From: Cupriavidus necator
GTDB taxonomy: Bacteria; Pseudomonadota; Gammaproteobacteria; Burkholderiales; Burkholderiaceae
Length of the DNA stretch: 32,000 bases
Direction: 5' to 3'
Assembly (NCBI RefSeq): GCF_016127575.1
Contig: NZ_CP066020.1
Span: forward strand, 60,001 to 92,000
Below the pieces are notes generated by a model. It searched no databases. It saw only the letters and a list, made by a program, of their open reading frames with translations, and was not told the origin of the DNA. This document shows positions 7,849 to 16,732 of the stretch, one piece after another (position 1 is the first letter of the stretch; every line of letters begins with the position of its first letter). Both the position numbers and the translations under genes were made by a program.

Positions 7849-9083
7849 CGCACACCTCCCGGCCACGGTACGGCCAGGGTACGCAATGCCTTGATGTCGA
7901 CCTTCGTGTAGATCTTCGTGGTCTGCGGATGATGATGTCCCAACAACTCACCAATCTCACTGAGTGACGCGCCGTGACTGAGCATCTGGCAGGCCAGTCC
8001 ATGGCGAAACTGGTGCGCCCCCGTGGTTGGGGCGTCGATGCCGGCGCGCTGGAGCGAGTGCCGAACGATGGAGCCCACGCCACTCGCACCACGAAAGCCG
8101 ATAACAGGCGCCTTTGCACGCAAAAACACACGGCGACTGGTGCTCTGCGGTCGCCCGTCTCGAAGGTATGCTGCAATCGCCTTTCCAACATCGGCGGGCA
8201 AAGGCAGCCCGTTACGCTGGCCACTCTTGCCGCGCACGCTTAAAACTCCTGTGTTCCAGTCAATATCGTCGAGCTCGAGAAATGCCACTTCCCCAGAACG
8301 CAGTCCCAGGCGCGCGAGCAGCAGGATGATGGCGTAATCACGACGACCAACGGCAGTCCGTCGATTGATACTGACCAGCAGTTGCTGTATCTGCTCTGGT
8401 GGAATCCCGCGAGGGATTGACTGCATCGACCAGTTGGCCACGACGGGAACAGCGGCGGCCAGATCGAGCGTCATGTCGCCCCGATAGCACGCGTAACGTA
8501 GGAAGGATCGCAGCGCTGTAGTCATGAGCTTCGCGCGCTTCAGATGCAGACGCAGTGCCTGACATTGCACAAAGTTCACGACATCGCCGGCACGCAAACG
8601 CGAAAGCCTGATGCGCCCGTCACCAAAGCAATCTTCGAGAAACTCCCTTATGAACGGCACGTAATTGACGATCGTTGCTTTGGACAGGGCGCGCGCCTCA
8701 TGCAGATACTCAACGTAAGCCTGTGTACAGGACTCAATAGGGGTCAGCCGACGCTCAGGCATTCTCTGCGCCGAAATCAGCCTCTCACGATCGAGAAAAT
8801 CAATGAGATGCCTGAGCGCAGCACGGTCTCCCGGACCCGGTCGCACGTGCCGCGCACGATAACGTAAGTATTGCGCACTGTGATCAGGACAGACGTTATG
8901 CAAGTCAATTCCGTTTCGGCCAAGCCAGCGGCTAAAACCTGCAACGAGCCTAACGTGGTACTTCAGTGACTGCGTACTGTATCCCTGCACAGCGATCGAG
9001 TTCGCAAAGGCGACGATATGGGACGCGAGCGGGCCTTCTGGTGCGTGTGCGAGAACGACACGGTCATGGATGGTGTATCTCAT
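7845..9083 (-). CDS. ritA: RitA-type tyrosine recombinase (RIT2), intact
   Basis: MRYTIHDRVVLAHAPEGPLASHIVAFANSIAVQGYS... begins at the ATG at 9083 preceded by GGAAGGAG, and is the same length (1239 nt) as ritA1. The 875-aa track ORF (to 10472) is read-through antisense to the ISL3 transposase, not a real extension. Confidence 0.85.
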   Translation of the reverse strand: MRYTIHDRVVLAHAPEGPLASHIVAFANSIAVQGYSTQSLKYHVRLVAGFSRWLGRNGIDLHNVCPDHSAQYLRYRARHVRPGPGDRAALRHLIDFLDRERLISAQRMPERRLTPIESCTQAYVEYLHEARALSKATIVNYVPFIREFLEDCFGDGRIRLSRLRAGDVVNFVQCQALRLHLKRAKLMTTALRSFLRYACYRGDMTLDLAAAVPVVANWSMQSIPRGIPPEQIQQLLVSINRRTAVGRRDYAIILLLARLGLRSGEVAFLELDDIDWNTGVLSVRGKSGQRNGLPLPADVGKAIAAYLRDGRPQSTSRRVFLRAKAPVIGFRGASGVGSIVRHSLQRAGIDAPTTGAHQFRHGLACQMLSHGASLSEIGELLGHHHPQTTKIYTKVDIKALRTLAVPWPGGVR

Positions 9084-9173
9084 GATGGACTCCTTCCCGG
9101 ATGCTCTGGGGCTGAAGGAAGGAGTCAAGACTATCTCTATCTCCGTGCATCCGTTTGCCCATGAAATAGAGAG

Positions 9174-10486
9174 GCCTCTTTTGAATTTCAAGTGGGTGGT
9201 ATCGTGGCGGGTTTCAGGTAAAGAGCAACAAGAGCGATGCATAGCAAACTGTTTGAAGCAGCCCTTGGCATAAGCGATCCGTGGTTCGTCCGGGAAGTCG
9301 ACTTCAACGCGCAAACCAAGACGTTGACGATCCAGATTGACTTTGTCGCCGGCAGCCGCTTTTCCCACCCGGAGGTCGCCGGTGGGCACCCGGTTCACGA
9401 CACGGTGACCAAACGCTATCGGCACCTGAACTTCTTCGAGCACGACTGCTATCTGGAAGTCCGCACGCCACGCGTGAAGCTTCCCGACGGCCGCGTGGTG
9501 TTGGTCGAGCCGGACTGGGCTGGCAAGCTCTCTGGCTTCACGTTGCTGTTTGAAGCCATGGTGGTGGCGCTTGCGCAGCAGATGCCGTTTTCTGCTGTAG
9601 CCAGAACGGTGGGTGAGTCGTGGCATCGCGTGTACGCTATCTGCGAGCGCTATGTCGACCTCGCGGTGGCCGAACTCGATCTGGCCGGCGTGACCGCTGC
9701 CGCCGTTGACGAAACGTCCTACAGGCGCGGTCACAACTACCTGACGCTTGTCGCTGATGCCGACGCGCGTAAGGTCGTGTTTGTGACCGAAGGCAAGGAT
9801 GCTGCCACGGTTGGCAAGTTCGCTGCACATCTGCGCGAGAACAACGCTGCGCCTGAGCAGATCGGGGTGGTCAGTATCGACATGTCGCCGGCGTTCATCA
9901 AGGGCGTCAGCGAGCATTTGCCCAACGCGCGCATCACCTTCGACAAGTTCCATGTCGTGGCTCACGCTTCTGCAGCCGTGGACAAGACCCGGCGTATCGA
10001 ACAGAAGACCGATCCAAGCCTCAAAGGCCTGCGCTGGACGCTGCTCAAGGATCGCGACGGGTTGCCAGCCGCGCAGCGTGCCGATCTCGACGCGTTGATC
10101 GCCAACGTCACGACCAAACGCACTGCCCGTGCCTGGCTGTATCGCGAGCAGTTGCGCGAAATCCTTGAGCGCAAGCAGATCAACGTTGTTTCCGCAATGC
10201 TCGAGCAGTGGTGCACGAACGTCATGCGATCCAAGGTCGAGCCAATGAAGGAGGTCGCGCGCATGATCCGCAAGCATTTCGACGGTATCGTTGCATGGAC
10301 CCAGACGCGCCAGACCAATGGCTTCCTGGAGGCGCTCAACGGCCTGTTCCAAGCCGCCAAGCGCAAGGCCCGCGGTTATGTGAGCTTCAAAACCATGCGC
10401 ACCGTGATCTTCCTGATCGCCGGAAAGCTCGACTTCTCCGCGATCAACCCGCATGCCGCATAACCCACTCATTTTTCAAAAGAGCC
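9174..10486 (+). mobile_element. ISL3-family insertion sequence (1313 bp)
   Basis: The 24-bp imperfect IRs are GCCTCTTTTGAATTTCAAGTGGGT (9174-9197) and the reverse complement of 10463-10486, GGCTCTTTTGAAAAATGAGTGGGT (18/24). An 8-bp direct duplication ATAGAGAG lies at 9166-9173 and 10487-10494. There is a single 408-aa transposase gene. Confidence 0.85.
9237..10463 (+). CDS. ISL3-family transposase
   Basis: MHSKLFEAALGISDPWFVREVDFNAQTKTLTIQIDF...VDETSYRRGHNYLTLVADA...VSIDMSPAFIKGV...FDKFHVV...TNGFLEALNGLFQAAKRKARGY is the characteristic ISL3 layout and motif set. Confidence 0.9.
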   Translation: MHSKLFEAALGISDPWFVREVDFNAQTKTLTIQIDFVAGSRFSHPEVAGGHPVHDTVTKRYRHLNFFEHDCYLEVRTPRVKLPDGRVVLVEPDWAGKLSGFTLLFEAMVVALAQQMPFSAVARTVGESWHRVYAICERYVDLAVAELDLAGVTAAAVDETSYRRGHNYLTLVADADARKVVFVTEGKDAATVGKFAAHLRENNAAPEQIGVVSIDMSPAFIKGVSEHLPNARITFDKFHVVAHASAAVDKTRRIEQKTDPSLKGLRWTLLKDRDGLPAAQRADLDALIANVTTKRTARAWLYREQLREILERKQINVVSAMLEQWCTNVMRSKVEPMKEVARMIRKHFDGIVAWTQTRQTNGFLEALNGLFQAAKRKARGYVSFKTMRTVIFLIAGKLDFSAINPHAA

Positions 10487-10534
10487 ATAGAGAGCTATCT
10501 TTCGATTACAAGACATAGTCGGGAAGGGCATATA

Positions 10535-11323
10535 GTGCCTCAGCACGTGCGGCGTCACTCGTTTCTTTCGCAGCGAAGGACATCCCATGGCAGCCTGGGT
10601 AGCGTACTTTTTCAGGAGACGTTGTACCGCGTCCGGACTGAGATGTCCACCTCGAACACTCGGAAATAGCGCGTCGCTGTTGGGTGTGCGAGGCTCTTTC
10701 ATCCAAGCTTTTAGAATAGCGGCGGTCTCCTTGCTAAAAGGGGTAACGCGCTGTTTTCGACCTTTACCCATAACATCAATGTGCGCGCCTGCGCCGAGGG
10801 TCACGTCCTCGCGTGTGAGGCCGGTCATTTCCGACACACGAAGTCCCGTCTCCACACCCAGTCGGAGTAACGCATGATCGCGACGACCACACCAGGTGCG
10901 CTTATCGGGTGCAGCGAGCAGCGCCTTGACTTCCGGCCGTGTCAGAAAGTGAATGAGCCTGCGATCGTAGCGTTTGTTGGGCATCGACAGCACGCGCTGG
11001 ATCTGCGCGGAATACGCGGGCGTCTCGAAGGCCGCGTAACGGAAGAACGAGCGAATCGCTGTCAGTCGCAGATTTCGGGTGCGGACACTGATAGCCCGGG
11101 TCTTCTCCAGATCATTCAGAAATGCTGTCACGAGCGGCGCATTGATGTCCTCAAATGCCAGATGATCCGGCGGTTTGTGCAGACGCTTGTAGGCAAAACG
11201 AAGCAGCAGCCTGAACGTGTCCCGATAGGAACTGATGGTGTGCGGACTGGCCTGCCGTTGTTGCATGAGACGTTCCGTAAAGAACCGCTGCACTAATGAT
11301 GGGAAACCGACGGTAGATTTCAT
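10535..11323 (-). pseudogene. ritC: ritC3 N-terminal fragment, ending at H-V-L-R-H
   Basis: MKSTVGFPSLVQRFFTERLMQQRQASPHTISSYRDTF...GKGRKQRVTPF...RVTPHVLRH then runs into the RIT2 terminal IR (translated YMPFPTMS...). The start overlaps the ritB3 stop (ATGA at 11320-11323). Confidence 0.8.
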
Positions 11324-12252
11324 GACATATCCTTCCAGCGACGCTCCAGGCGCTTCATCGCCTGCTTCATGAGCTCTGGGTGCTGCTCGACATACCAGTA
11401 TGTATCTCTCGCCCACTGGTGCCCGAGGAACGTCGACAGCACCGGTAACCAACGCACCGGGTCTTTACCCGACCGGTCTAATCTCGCCAGCGTCGTGACC
11501 GCAAATAAATGGCGATAGTCGATCAGGCGGGGAGCGCGCTTTGCTGACGAATCGCGAAGACCGATTTCCCGTGTGAGCGCCGTAAATGTATGAGAAACCA
11601 TGTCTCCACTGAGTGGCTTGCCTTGCGAAGTGATGAACACATGGGTTTCCGGGCGCCCCGCAAGACATCGCGCGCGACGTCGAAGATAGTCTGCAAGTGC
11701 ATCTCGAGTGGAGGAATGAATAGGAACCCACCTCGACTTTCCAAATTTGCTTCCCCGCACCGTCAGTACGCATTCTTTCAAGTCAACGTCTTCGAGTTCC
11801 AGATTGACCGCTTCGCCGGGGCGCAACCCCGTGACGCTTAGCAGTCCTATCAGCGTAAAATATGTCCACCGCCGCAGTCCCGATTCCGGAGGAAGAGCCA
11901 GCGCGGCAGCCAATATCTTCTGGGTTTCCTCATCGGTGTAAAGGTAGGGAGCACGCCGATGATACCGGTGCGGCAACAATTCGGCCCGTGGAATCTCTGT
12001 ATGCGGATCGAAGGCACTCAGATAGCGTGCAAAGCCACGCACCACACCTAATCGCTGAGCCCAGATCACCGGTTGAACCGACGGGGACTTTTGTGCCCAG
12101 GTCAACGCCAGTGACGCGCTGATGTGAGAGGCCCGATGTCGTTCCATAAAGCAGACGAAGTCTTCCAGACGTTGGCCTGCTTCATGGAGTTTGAATCCCA
12201 GACGACGACGCATCGTCAGGTATTCTTCCATTGATTTGCGTAACGTACTCAT
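11320..12252 (-). CDS. ritB: RitB-type tyrosine recombinase (RIT3)
   Basis: MSTLRKSMEEYLTMRRRLGFKLHEAGQ...; motifs TGLRPGE, GSKFGKSRWVPIH, IDYRH and LGHQWARDTYWY. There is an ATGA overlap with the ritA3 stop. Confidence 0.85.
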   Translation of the reverse strand: MSTLRKSMEEYLTMRRRLGFKLHEAGQRLEDFVCFMERHRASHISASLALTWAQKSPSVQPVIWAQRLGVVRGFARYLSAFDPHTEIPRAELLPHRYHRRAPYLYTDEETQKILAAALALPPESGLRRWTYFTLIGLLSVTGLRPGEAVNLELEDVDLKECVLTVRGSKFGKSRWVPIHSSTRDALADYLRRRARCLAGRPETHVFITSQGKPLSGDMVSHTFTALTREIGLRDSSAKRAPRLIDYRHLFAVTTLARLDRSGKDPVRWLPVLSTFLGHQWARDTYWYVEQHPELMKQAMKRLERRWKDMS

Positions 12253-13481
12253 GATCGGGGGCTCGGCCATGGCGGCGCCAAGGTCCGCAGTGAATCCAGA
12301 TCGACCTTCGCGTATATTCTCGTCGAGTCGGGACTTTTGTGGCGCAAGACTTCGCTAATCTCGGCCAGCGAGGATCCTTGACGCAGCATCTGTGTCGCTA
12401 ACGCATGCCGGAATTGATGGGTTCCTTTCCTCAACGAATCGATACCAGCCCGCTCTAGAGCGTATCTGACAACATTGCATACCGCTTTTTCCGTCTTGAA
12501 CCCACGAATCGGCGCGTTTATACGCAGGAAGACACTTCGACTCTCAGAATCCGCGCGACCGTTTTTCAGGTAGTCGGCGATCGCTTCACCCACCGGCGCG
12601 AGTAATGGCAACGGCGACTCCTGACCGCCTTTTCCGTGAATGTTCAACGTGCCCGTTTCCCAATCGATGTCATCCAACGTCAAGGAAACCACCTCGCCGC
12701 TCCGCAACCCCAGCCGGGCAAGGAGGAGCAGAATCGCATAATCTCGGCGGCCGACGGGGCGACGGCGGTCGCAACTGGCCAACGCTCGCCTAGCATACTC
12801 AGGGGATATCGCTTTGGGGATTGATGCCATTGACCAGTGGGCGACCCTGGGGATCGCTGCAGCGAGGTCAAGCTTGATCAAGCCACGATAACGCGCATAC
12901 TGCAAAAACGAGCGCAAGACCTTTGCGATCGATTGCGCTCGCCCTGGACTTTGAGTGGCCTCATGCTGAACAAAGTCGATGATCTCGCGGGCACTGAGAT
13001 CCGAGAGCCGCGTCGCCCCATCACCGAATTGCTTTGTTAAAAACAAATGCGCACACCACCGATATTTCCTGATCGTCGTGGCTGCCAAGCCTCGTTCCTG
13101 GTGCAGATACAAAGAGTATCCGTTTACCAATTTTTCAACTGGTGTCTGCGCACCGGACGCTTCCTTTGCTACGATTCCATTTTCTTGAAGCAATTGTACA
13201 AAGCGTCTTACCGCATATCTCGCGCCGTTCCGATGACAGCGGTGGTGTTCTCGGTAGCGCAGATAACGTTGCGCAGTTTCATGAGTCACTTCCTCGATCG
13301 ACATTTTCTTGCACTTGAGCCACACGCTGAAATCGGCAACGAGAAGCAAGTGTCTGCGAATAGACTCCTGCGCGTAACCTTGATCATTCAGCAGACCTTC
13401 AAATGCACCGAGGTGTTCAGCAAGGGGGCCCTCGGGTGTATCGAGTGAGTGCGACCGCGTTTTTTGGTACAACTTCTCCAT
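12249..13481 (-). CDS. ritA: RitA-type tyrosine recombinase (RIT3)
   Basis: MEKLYQKTRSHSLDTPEGPLAEHLGAFEGLLNDQGYA...; motifs LARLGLRSGE, HQFRH and LRHKSPDSTRIYAKV. The start is chosen by colinearity with RitA1/RitA4; the track ORF begins at 13517. Confidence 0.8.
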   Translation of the reverse strand: MEKLYQKTRSHSLDTPEGPLAEHLGAFEGLLNDQGYAQESIRRHLLLVADFSVWLKCKKMSIEEVTHETAQRYLRYREHHRCHRNGARYAVRRFVQLLQENGIVAKEASGAQTPVEKLVNGYSLYLHQERGLAATTIRKYRWCAHLFLTKQFGDGATRLSDLSAREIIDFVQHEATQSPGRAQSIAKVLRSFLQYARYRGLIKLDLAAAIPRVAHWSMASIPKAISPEYARRALASCDRRRPVGRRDYAILLLLARLGLRSGEVVSLTLDDIDWETGTLNIHGKGGQESPLPLLAPVGEAIADYLKNGRADSESRSVFLRINAPIRGFKTEKAVCNVVRYALERAGIDSLRKGTHQFRHALATQMLRQGSSLAEISEVLRHKSPDSTRIYAKVDLDSLRTLAPPWPSPRS

Positions 13482-13609
13482 GACCTTCGCCTCTTGTAAA
13501 AGCGGGTCTAACATCAATCAGACTATGCCGATCATCCTTCGTTCATTGCCTTGAATTTGCGGCTCGCCACGTCCAAATCGAACATAGTTAACTACGCGGC
13601 ATAGTTGCG

Positions 13610-14098
13610 AAACTTAGAGGATCGAATCACCAGTCCCTCTGGGGTGATGTCTTCGTAGCGTAGGCCGATGGCTTCCGATACCCTTAGCCCGGTGCAAGCA
13701 AGTAATGCGAACAGTGTGCTGTAGGTATATCGCCGCAACGTTTCACGCCCCGACTGGGAGGCTGCCTGAACGAGGTGGCGGACCTCGTCCGTGGAAAAGA
13801 TATAAGGGATAGGTCGAATCCGTTGGCTGCTGCCGAAGACGGGCGGAGGCACTTCATGGCGAGAATCTTCGGCCCGTGCGTACCGAGCAAATCGAATCAC
13901 CTCACCGAGTCGGCGAGCTCGTCGAGGTGCCAAGCGTGCCAATCCAGCCCATTCGATGGCGGTATCGGCGCACACGTGGGATTTACCCCTTGCGTCTGAG
14001 TAGGCGGCGAAGCTGCGCAACAGATTGCCCTGCGACTTAAGTTCAAATCCACAGGCACGGCGCACTTCCAGATATGACTGCACGGTTTGCTTTAACAT
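13610..14098 (-). pseudogene. ritB: ritB4 N-terminal fragment, ending at ...IRSSKF
   Basis: MLKQTVQSYLEVRRACGFELKSQGN...TGLRVSEAIGLRYEDITPEGLVIRSSKF then runs into the RIT3 terminal IR (translated RNYAA*). The start overlaps the ritA4 stop. Confidence 0.8.
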
Positions 14099-15339
14099 GG
14101 CAGTTCCTCCGGCCATGGTTGGGCAATCTGCCGCAACGCGGCGATGTCCACTTTTGCATAAATTTGCGTAGTCGCGACAGATTGATGCCGTAGAACGGCC
14201 GCAATATCCTGCAGGGACGCACCTTGCCCCAACATCGACGTTGCAACCGAATGGCGCAGCACATGGGCGGCGCCTCGGCTCGAGCAGACAACACCAGCTC
14301 GGCGCATTGCCTTCTTAACGATGATGGAGATGGCAGCATGATTTGCAAAGGCTTGAAACGGGGCACACGCGCGGACGAATACCGTATCGGTATCGGTTCG
14401 AGGCCGTCCCTGTCGAAGATAATCCACAATGGCCTGCCCGACTTCCTGTGTCAGAGGCAGGAGTGTCTGCCGCCCGTTTTTGCCTGAGACCGAGATCGAG
14501 GCATCTTTCCAATCGATATCCCCGATGCGCAGATGCCAAATATCGCCGGCGCGAAGCCCCAAACGCGCCAGCAGCAGCAAAATTGCACGGTCCCTCTGAC
14601 CGACTGGCGACGCTGTGTCACATGAAGCGATGACGCGTTCGACTTCGTCGAGTTGCAAATATCGCGGCAGCGTTGACAGGCTCCAATGTGCCAAGACGGG
14701 TATCGCTGCCTCCAGACCGGCAGCGCACTTGCCTTCGGCTATCAGAAACCGAACGAGCATGCGTAATGCCGTCGTGCAGTGCTTTGCCGCCGCCCATCCC
14801 TTCTTCATGCTTTGCTCAAGGATGAACTGGCGCAAGTCCATTGCATTCAGTTTGCCGAGGTCATCCCCTCGTCTGAATAGATCTCGAAGCGCAATACCGT
14901 GGTTGTACAAAGTGGCATCACTGGTTCCACGCTGTTGGCGCATCCATTGGCAGAATGCGAAGAACTGAACTGATTCCAGGTCCGCTGCAAGCGCAGTAAA
15001 ACCGATTGCCCGGGTGCTGATTCCCCCTTGGTACGTCAGGAACATCCGCGCACCCCGTAACGATACGATGCGCCGCTGATGCCCAAAGCCCTGGCATTGG
15101 CATCGACTCAAATGTTCAGCGAAACGTTCAAGAGTCAATTCGTTAAAACTGGGAAGCGGTATGCCTTCCCGATTCGCCCAACACAGGAAGTGCGATGCCG
15201 CAGCAATACGGGTGCAAATAGAACTCTTCGCGTAACCGAGCTGCTCCAGGTATTGAGAGAAGCCTTCAAGCAGCGGGCCGCCTGGGCGAGAGAGAAGCAG
15301 TTGAACGTGCGAAGGGGATTTGAAGTACTGACTAAGCAT
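14092..15339 (-). CDS. ritA: RitA-type tyrosine recombinase (RIT4)
   Basis: MLSQYFKSPSHVQLLLSRPGGPLLEGFSQYLEQLGYA...; motifs LARLGLRAGD, HVLRH and LRHQSVATTQIYAKV. The ATG at 15339 is preceded by AGGAGGA. Confidence 0.8.
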   Translation of the reverse strand: MLSQYFKSPSHVQLLLSRPGGPLLEGFSQYLEQLGYAKSSICTRIAAASHFLCWANREGIPLPSFNELTLERFAEHLSRCQCQGFGHQRRIVSLRGARMFLTYQGGISTRAIGFTALAADLESVQFFAFCQWMRQQRGTSDATLYNHGIALRDLFRRGDDLGKLNAMDLRQFILEQSMKKGWAAAKHCTTALRMLVRFLIAEGKCAAGLEAAIPVLAHWSLSTLPRYLQLDEVERVIASCDTASPVGQRDRAILLLLARLGLRAGDIWHLRIGDIDWKDASISVSGKNGRQTLLPLTQEVGQAIVDYLRQGRPRTDTDTVFVRACAPFQAFANHAAISIIVKKAMRRAGVVCSSRGAAHVLRHSVATSMLGQGASLQDIAAVLRHQSVATTQIYAKVDIAALRQIAQPWPEELPC

Positions 15340-15471
15340 GACGTCCTCCTTGAGCAGAAGTCTCCAGTCGAGTGGCCAGAAAGACGTCAATATTATGCGG
15401 AGCAATGCCGAGCAAACGCGATACTCGATCTGCTTTGAGAGAAGTCCAGTTACATCCGCTTCGGTGAACTA

Positions 15472-15498
15472 CTCCGCATTAAAATACACTCTGCGTTA
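15472..15498. repeat. RIT4 terminal inverted repeat (ritA-side)
   Basis: CTCCGCATTAAAATACACTCTGCGTTA. A further inverted partial copy, TATGCGGAG, lies at 15394-15402 inside the same end. Confidence 0.9.
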
Positions 15499-15530
15499 GA
15501 GCTGTAACGCGGTGCACGGCGTTACAGCTC
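15499..15530. repeat. 32-bp near-perfect palindrome at the RIT4 / IS4-transposase junction
   Basis: GAGCTG TAACGC GGTGCACG GCGTTA CAGCTC (30/32 self-complementary). The arms combine the 6-bp core and the first 6 nt of the terminal IR. Confidence 0.9.
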
Positions 15531-15812
15531 CGTGGTGTCTTGGATGCATAGCACCACTTCGCAAGCTCGCATTCGCTCGGCTGAGCTCTGCCAGTGGGGA
15601 GCCAGAATATCGCGCCAGTCCAGTTCATCCTGAGCCAGGAAGCGGTATGCCGCAGCCGTTTCCGCCCAGCCGCCGCATGCGCTGGGGATGCTTGCCGTCG
15701 GCTTCTCTGCGAGCCGCTCCGCTAGCAGCACCGCCCGCTTGTTCAGGCGCTGGTCGCCCAAGTCAATGTCCTTGAATTCTGCCGCTGCCCAACTCGTTGC
15801 CTCTCGCTTCAT
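15525..15812 (-). pseudogene. IS4-family (Tn5/IS50-like) transposase, N-terminal fragment ending at ...CIQDTTEL
   Basis: MKREATSWAAAEFKDIDLGDQRLNKRAVLLAERLAEKPTASIPSACGGWAETAAAYRFL... is a typical Tn5-type transposase N-terminus. The frame is broken at 15525 by the RIT4 junction. An ATG at 15812 is the likely start (the track ORF begins at a TTG at 15830). The outer end of this IS (somewhere in 15830-15900) could not be defined. Confidence 0.8.
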
Positions 15813-16178
15813 GTGCCGCCCAAAATGCAAGAGTGAACGACAATCCGAAAGAGTTTACAACCCCACCCGCTATGTCATTGACCGTAAACGACTTTTCGCG
15901 GCACACCATGGGTCACGACTTGTGTGTAATGGGGTGCCTCGAAGGATCGTCTGCCTGCGCAAGGGCAGAGAAAGTTAAATTCTATCAACTCAATCTGGAG
16001 GATGCGGATCTAATCAGTCGAAAACAACGGGTGCTGTTCGTCGATGCCTCAAAGGACGCGACATTAGACAGCTTTCGCTTGTATAGGGCGGAGCCGAAGA
16101 TGGATTTCAGTTTTACCTCGCATGGGCGTTGTTGCACAAATCGAATTTGAAGGCGGAGTTACCCCTGAGTGGCGAAAT

Positions 16179-16732
16179 TCAAGCAATACGGACGGACTGC
16201 GGGCGGGCAAGCTCATTCATGTGGTTGAGCACGCCCGCGCGGATTGCCACCTCGGTCGCCTGGGAGCCTACCTTGCGCGCCCACAGAGAATGACCGGTGA
16301 GTGTCTTGAGTCGATACATCAGGTTCTCGACCAGCGAGCGACGGTGGTACCCGCTGTCCTTTTTCCATTCGCGTCTGCTGCTCGTTGCAATGGCGTCGAT
16401 GGCCGCATTGCGCCATGCCGCACCGGGCGTGGTTTCAGGCCACGGCATCGCGCCCTCGCGCGGCGGAATCGACGGTTGCGCGCCTGTGGCGGCAATCACT
16501 GCATGGCACGACTTGGTGTCGTACGCGCCATCACCGCGAACGATGTCCACGAGCGTGTCGGGCGGCAACTGGTCGAGCAAATCAGGCAACACGTCGGCAT
16601 CGCCGACGTCCTGATGGGTCATCAACGCCGCGCATATCTGGCCGCTCTTGGCGTCCATCGCCAGATGGACTTTGCGCCACGTGCGACGCTTGGAATACCC
16701 GTGCTTGCGCACCTTCCACTCGCCCTCGCCAA
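16179..16732 (-). pseudogene. IS903-like DDE transposase, C-terminal fragment (GEGEWKVRKHG... onward)
   Basis: ...GEGEWKVRKHGYSKRRTWRKVHLAMDAKSGQICAALMTHQDVGDADVLPDLLDQL...RGDGAYDTKSCH...REWKKDSGYHRRSLVENLMYRLKTL... is the typical IS903/IS5-family catalytic core. Confidence 0.85.

Larger units (their letters stand above)
5770..10534 (-). mobile_element. RIT2: recombinase-in-trio element (all three genes intact) with an ISL3-family IS in its ritA-side end; inserted in ritC3
   Basis: Terminal IRs are at 5793-5829 (GGCACTATATGCCCTTCCTGACTATATCGGGTAATGA) and 10502-10539 (reverse complement GGCACTATATGCCCTTCCCGACTATGTCTTGTAATCGA). The flanks are the two halves of ritC3 (HVLRH | TAAMELLQ). Confidence 0.85.
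5414..13609 (-). mobile_element. RIT3: recombinase-in-trio element (ritA3, ritB3 intact; ritC3 split by RIT2) inserted in ritB4
   Basis: The 17-bp perfect terminal IRs TCGCAACTATGCCGCGT are at 5434-5450 and, reverse-complemented, at 13594-13610. Subterminal inverted copies of ACTATGCCG lie at 5537-5546 and 13522-13530. The flanks are the two halves of ritB4 (IRSSKF | NKSRLVPLH). Confidence 0.8.
1441..15524 (-). mobile_element. RIT4: recombinase-in-trio element (ritA4 intact, ritB4 and ritC4 disrupted) carrying RIT1, RIT3, RIT2 and an ISL3 IS
   Basis: The 27-bp terminal inverted repeats TAACGCAGAGTGTATTTT(T/A)ATGCGGAG lie at 1441-1467 and 15472-15498 (26/27 match). Flanking core copies are GAGTTG (minus strand, 1440-1435) and GAGCTG (15530-15525). 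The ritA-ritB-ritC gene order is on the minus strand. Deleting 1435-15524 rejoins the IS4 transposase in frame. Confidence 0.8.

Noticed and set aside
7845-10472. An 875-aa minus-strand ORF that looks like a giant fusion protein.
   Set aside because: Only the last 412 codons (7845-9083) are RitA2. The upstream part is stop-free read-through across the RIT2 end and antisense to the ISL3 transposase gene in GC-rich DNA. The RitA homologues and the RBS/ATG at 9083 define the real start.
15831-16124. A lower-GC segment with ORF 15797-16150. Once the IS903-like element and one TSD copy are removed, it would continue for ~12 codons at 26650.
   Set aside because: There are no recognisable motifs, its start lies inside the IS4-family element region, and the product is short. 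It may be a disrupted orphan gene, but the evidence is insufficient.
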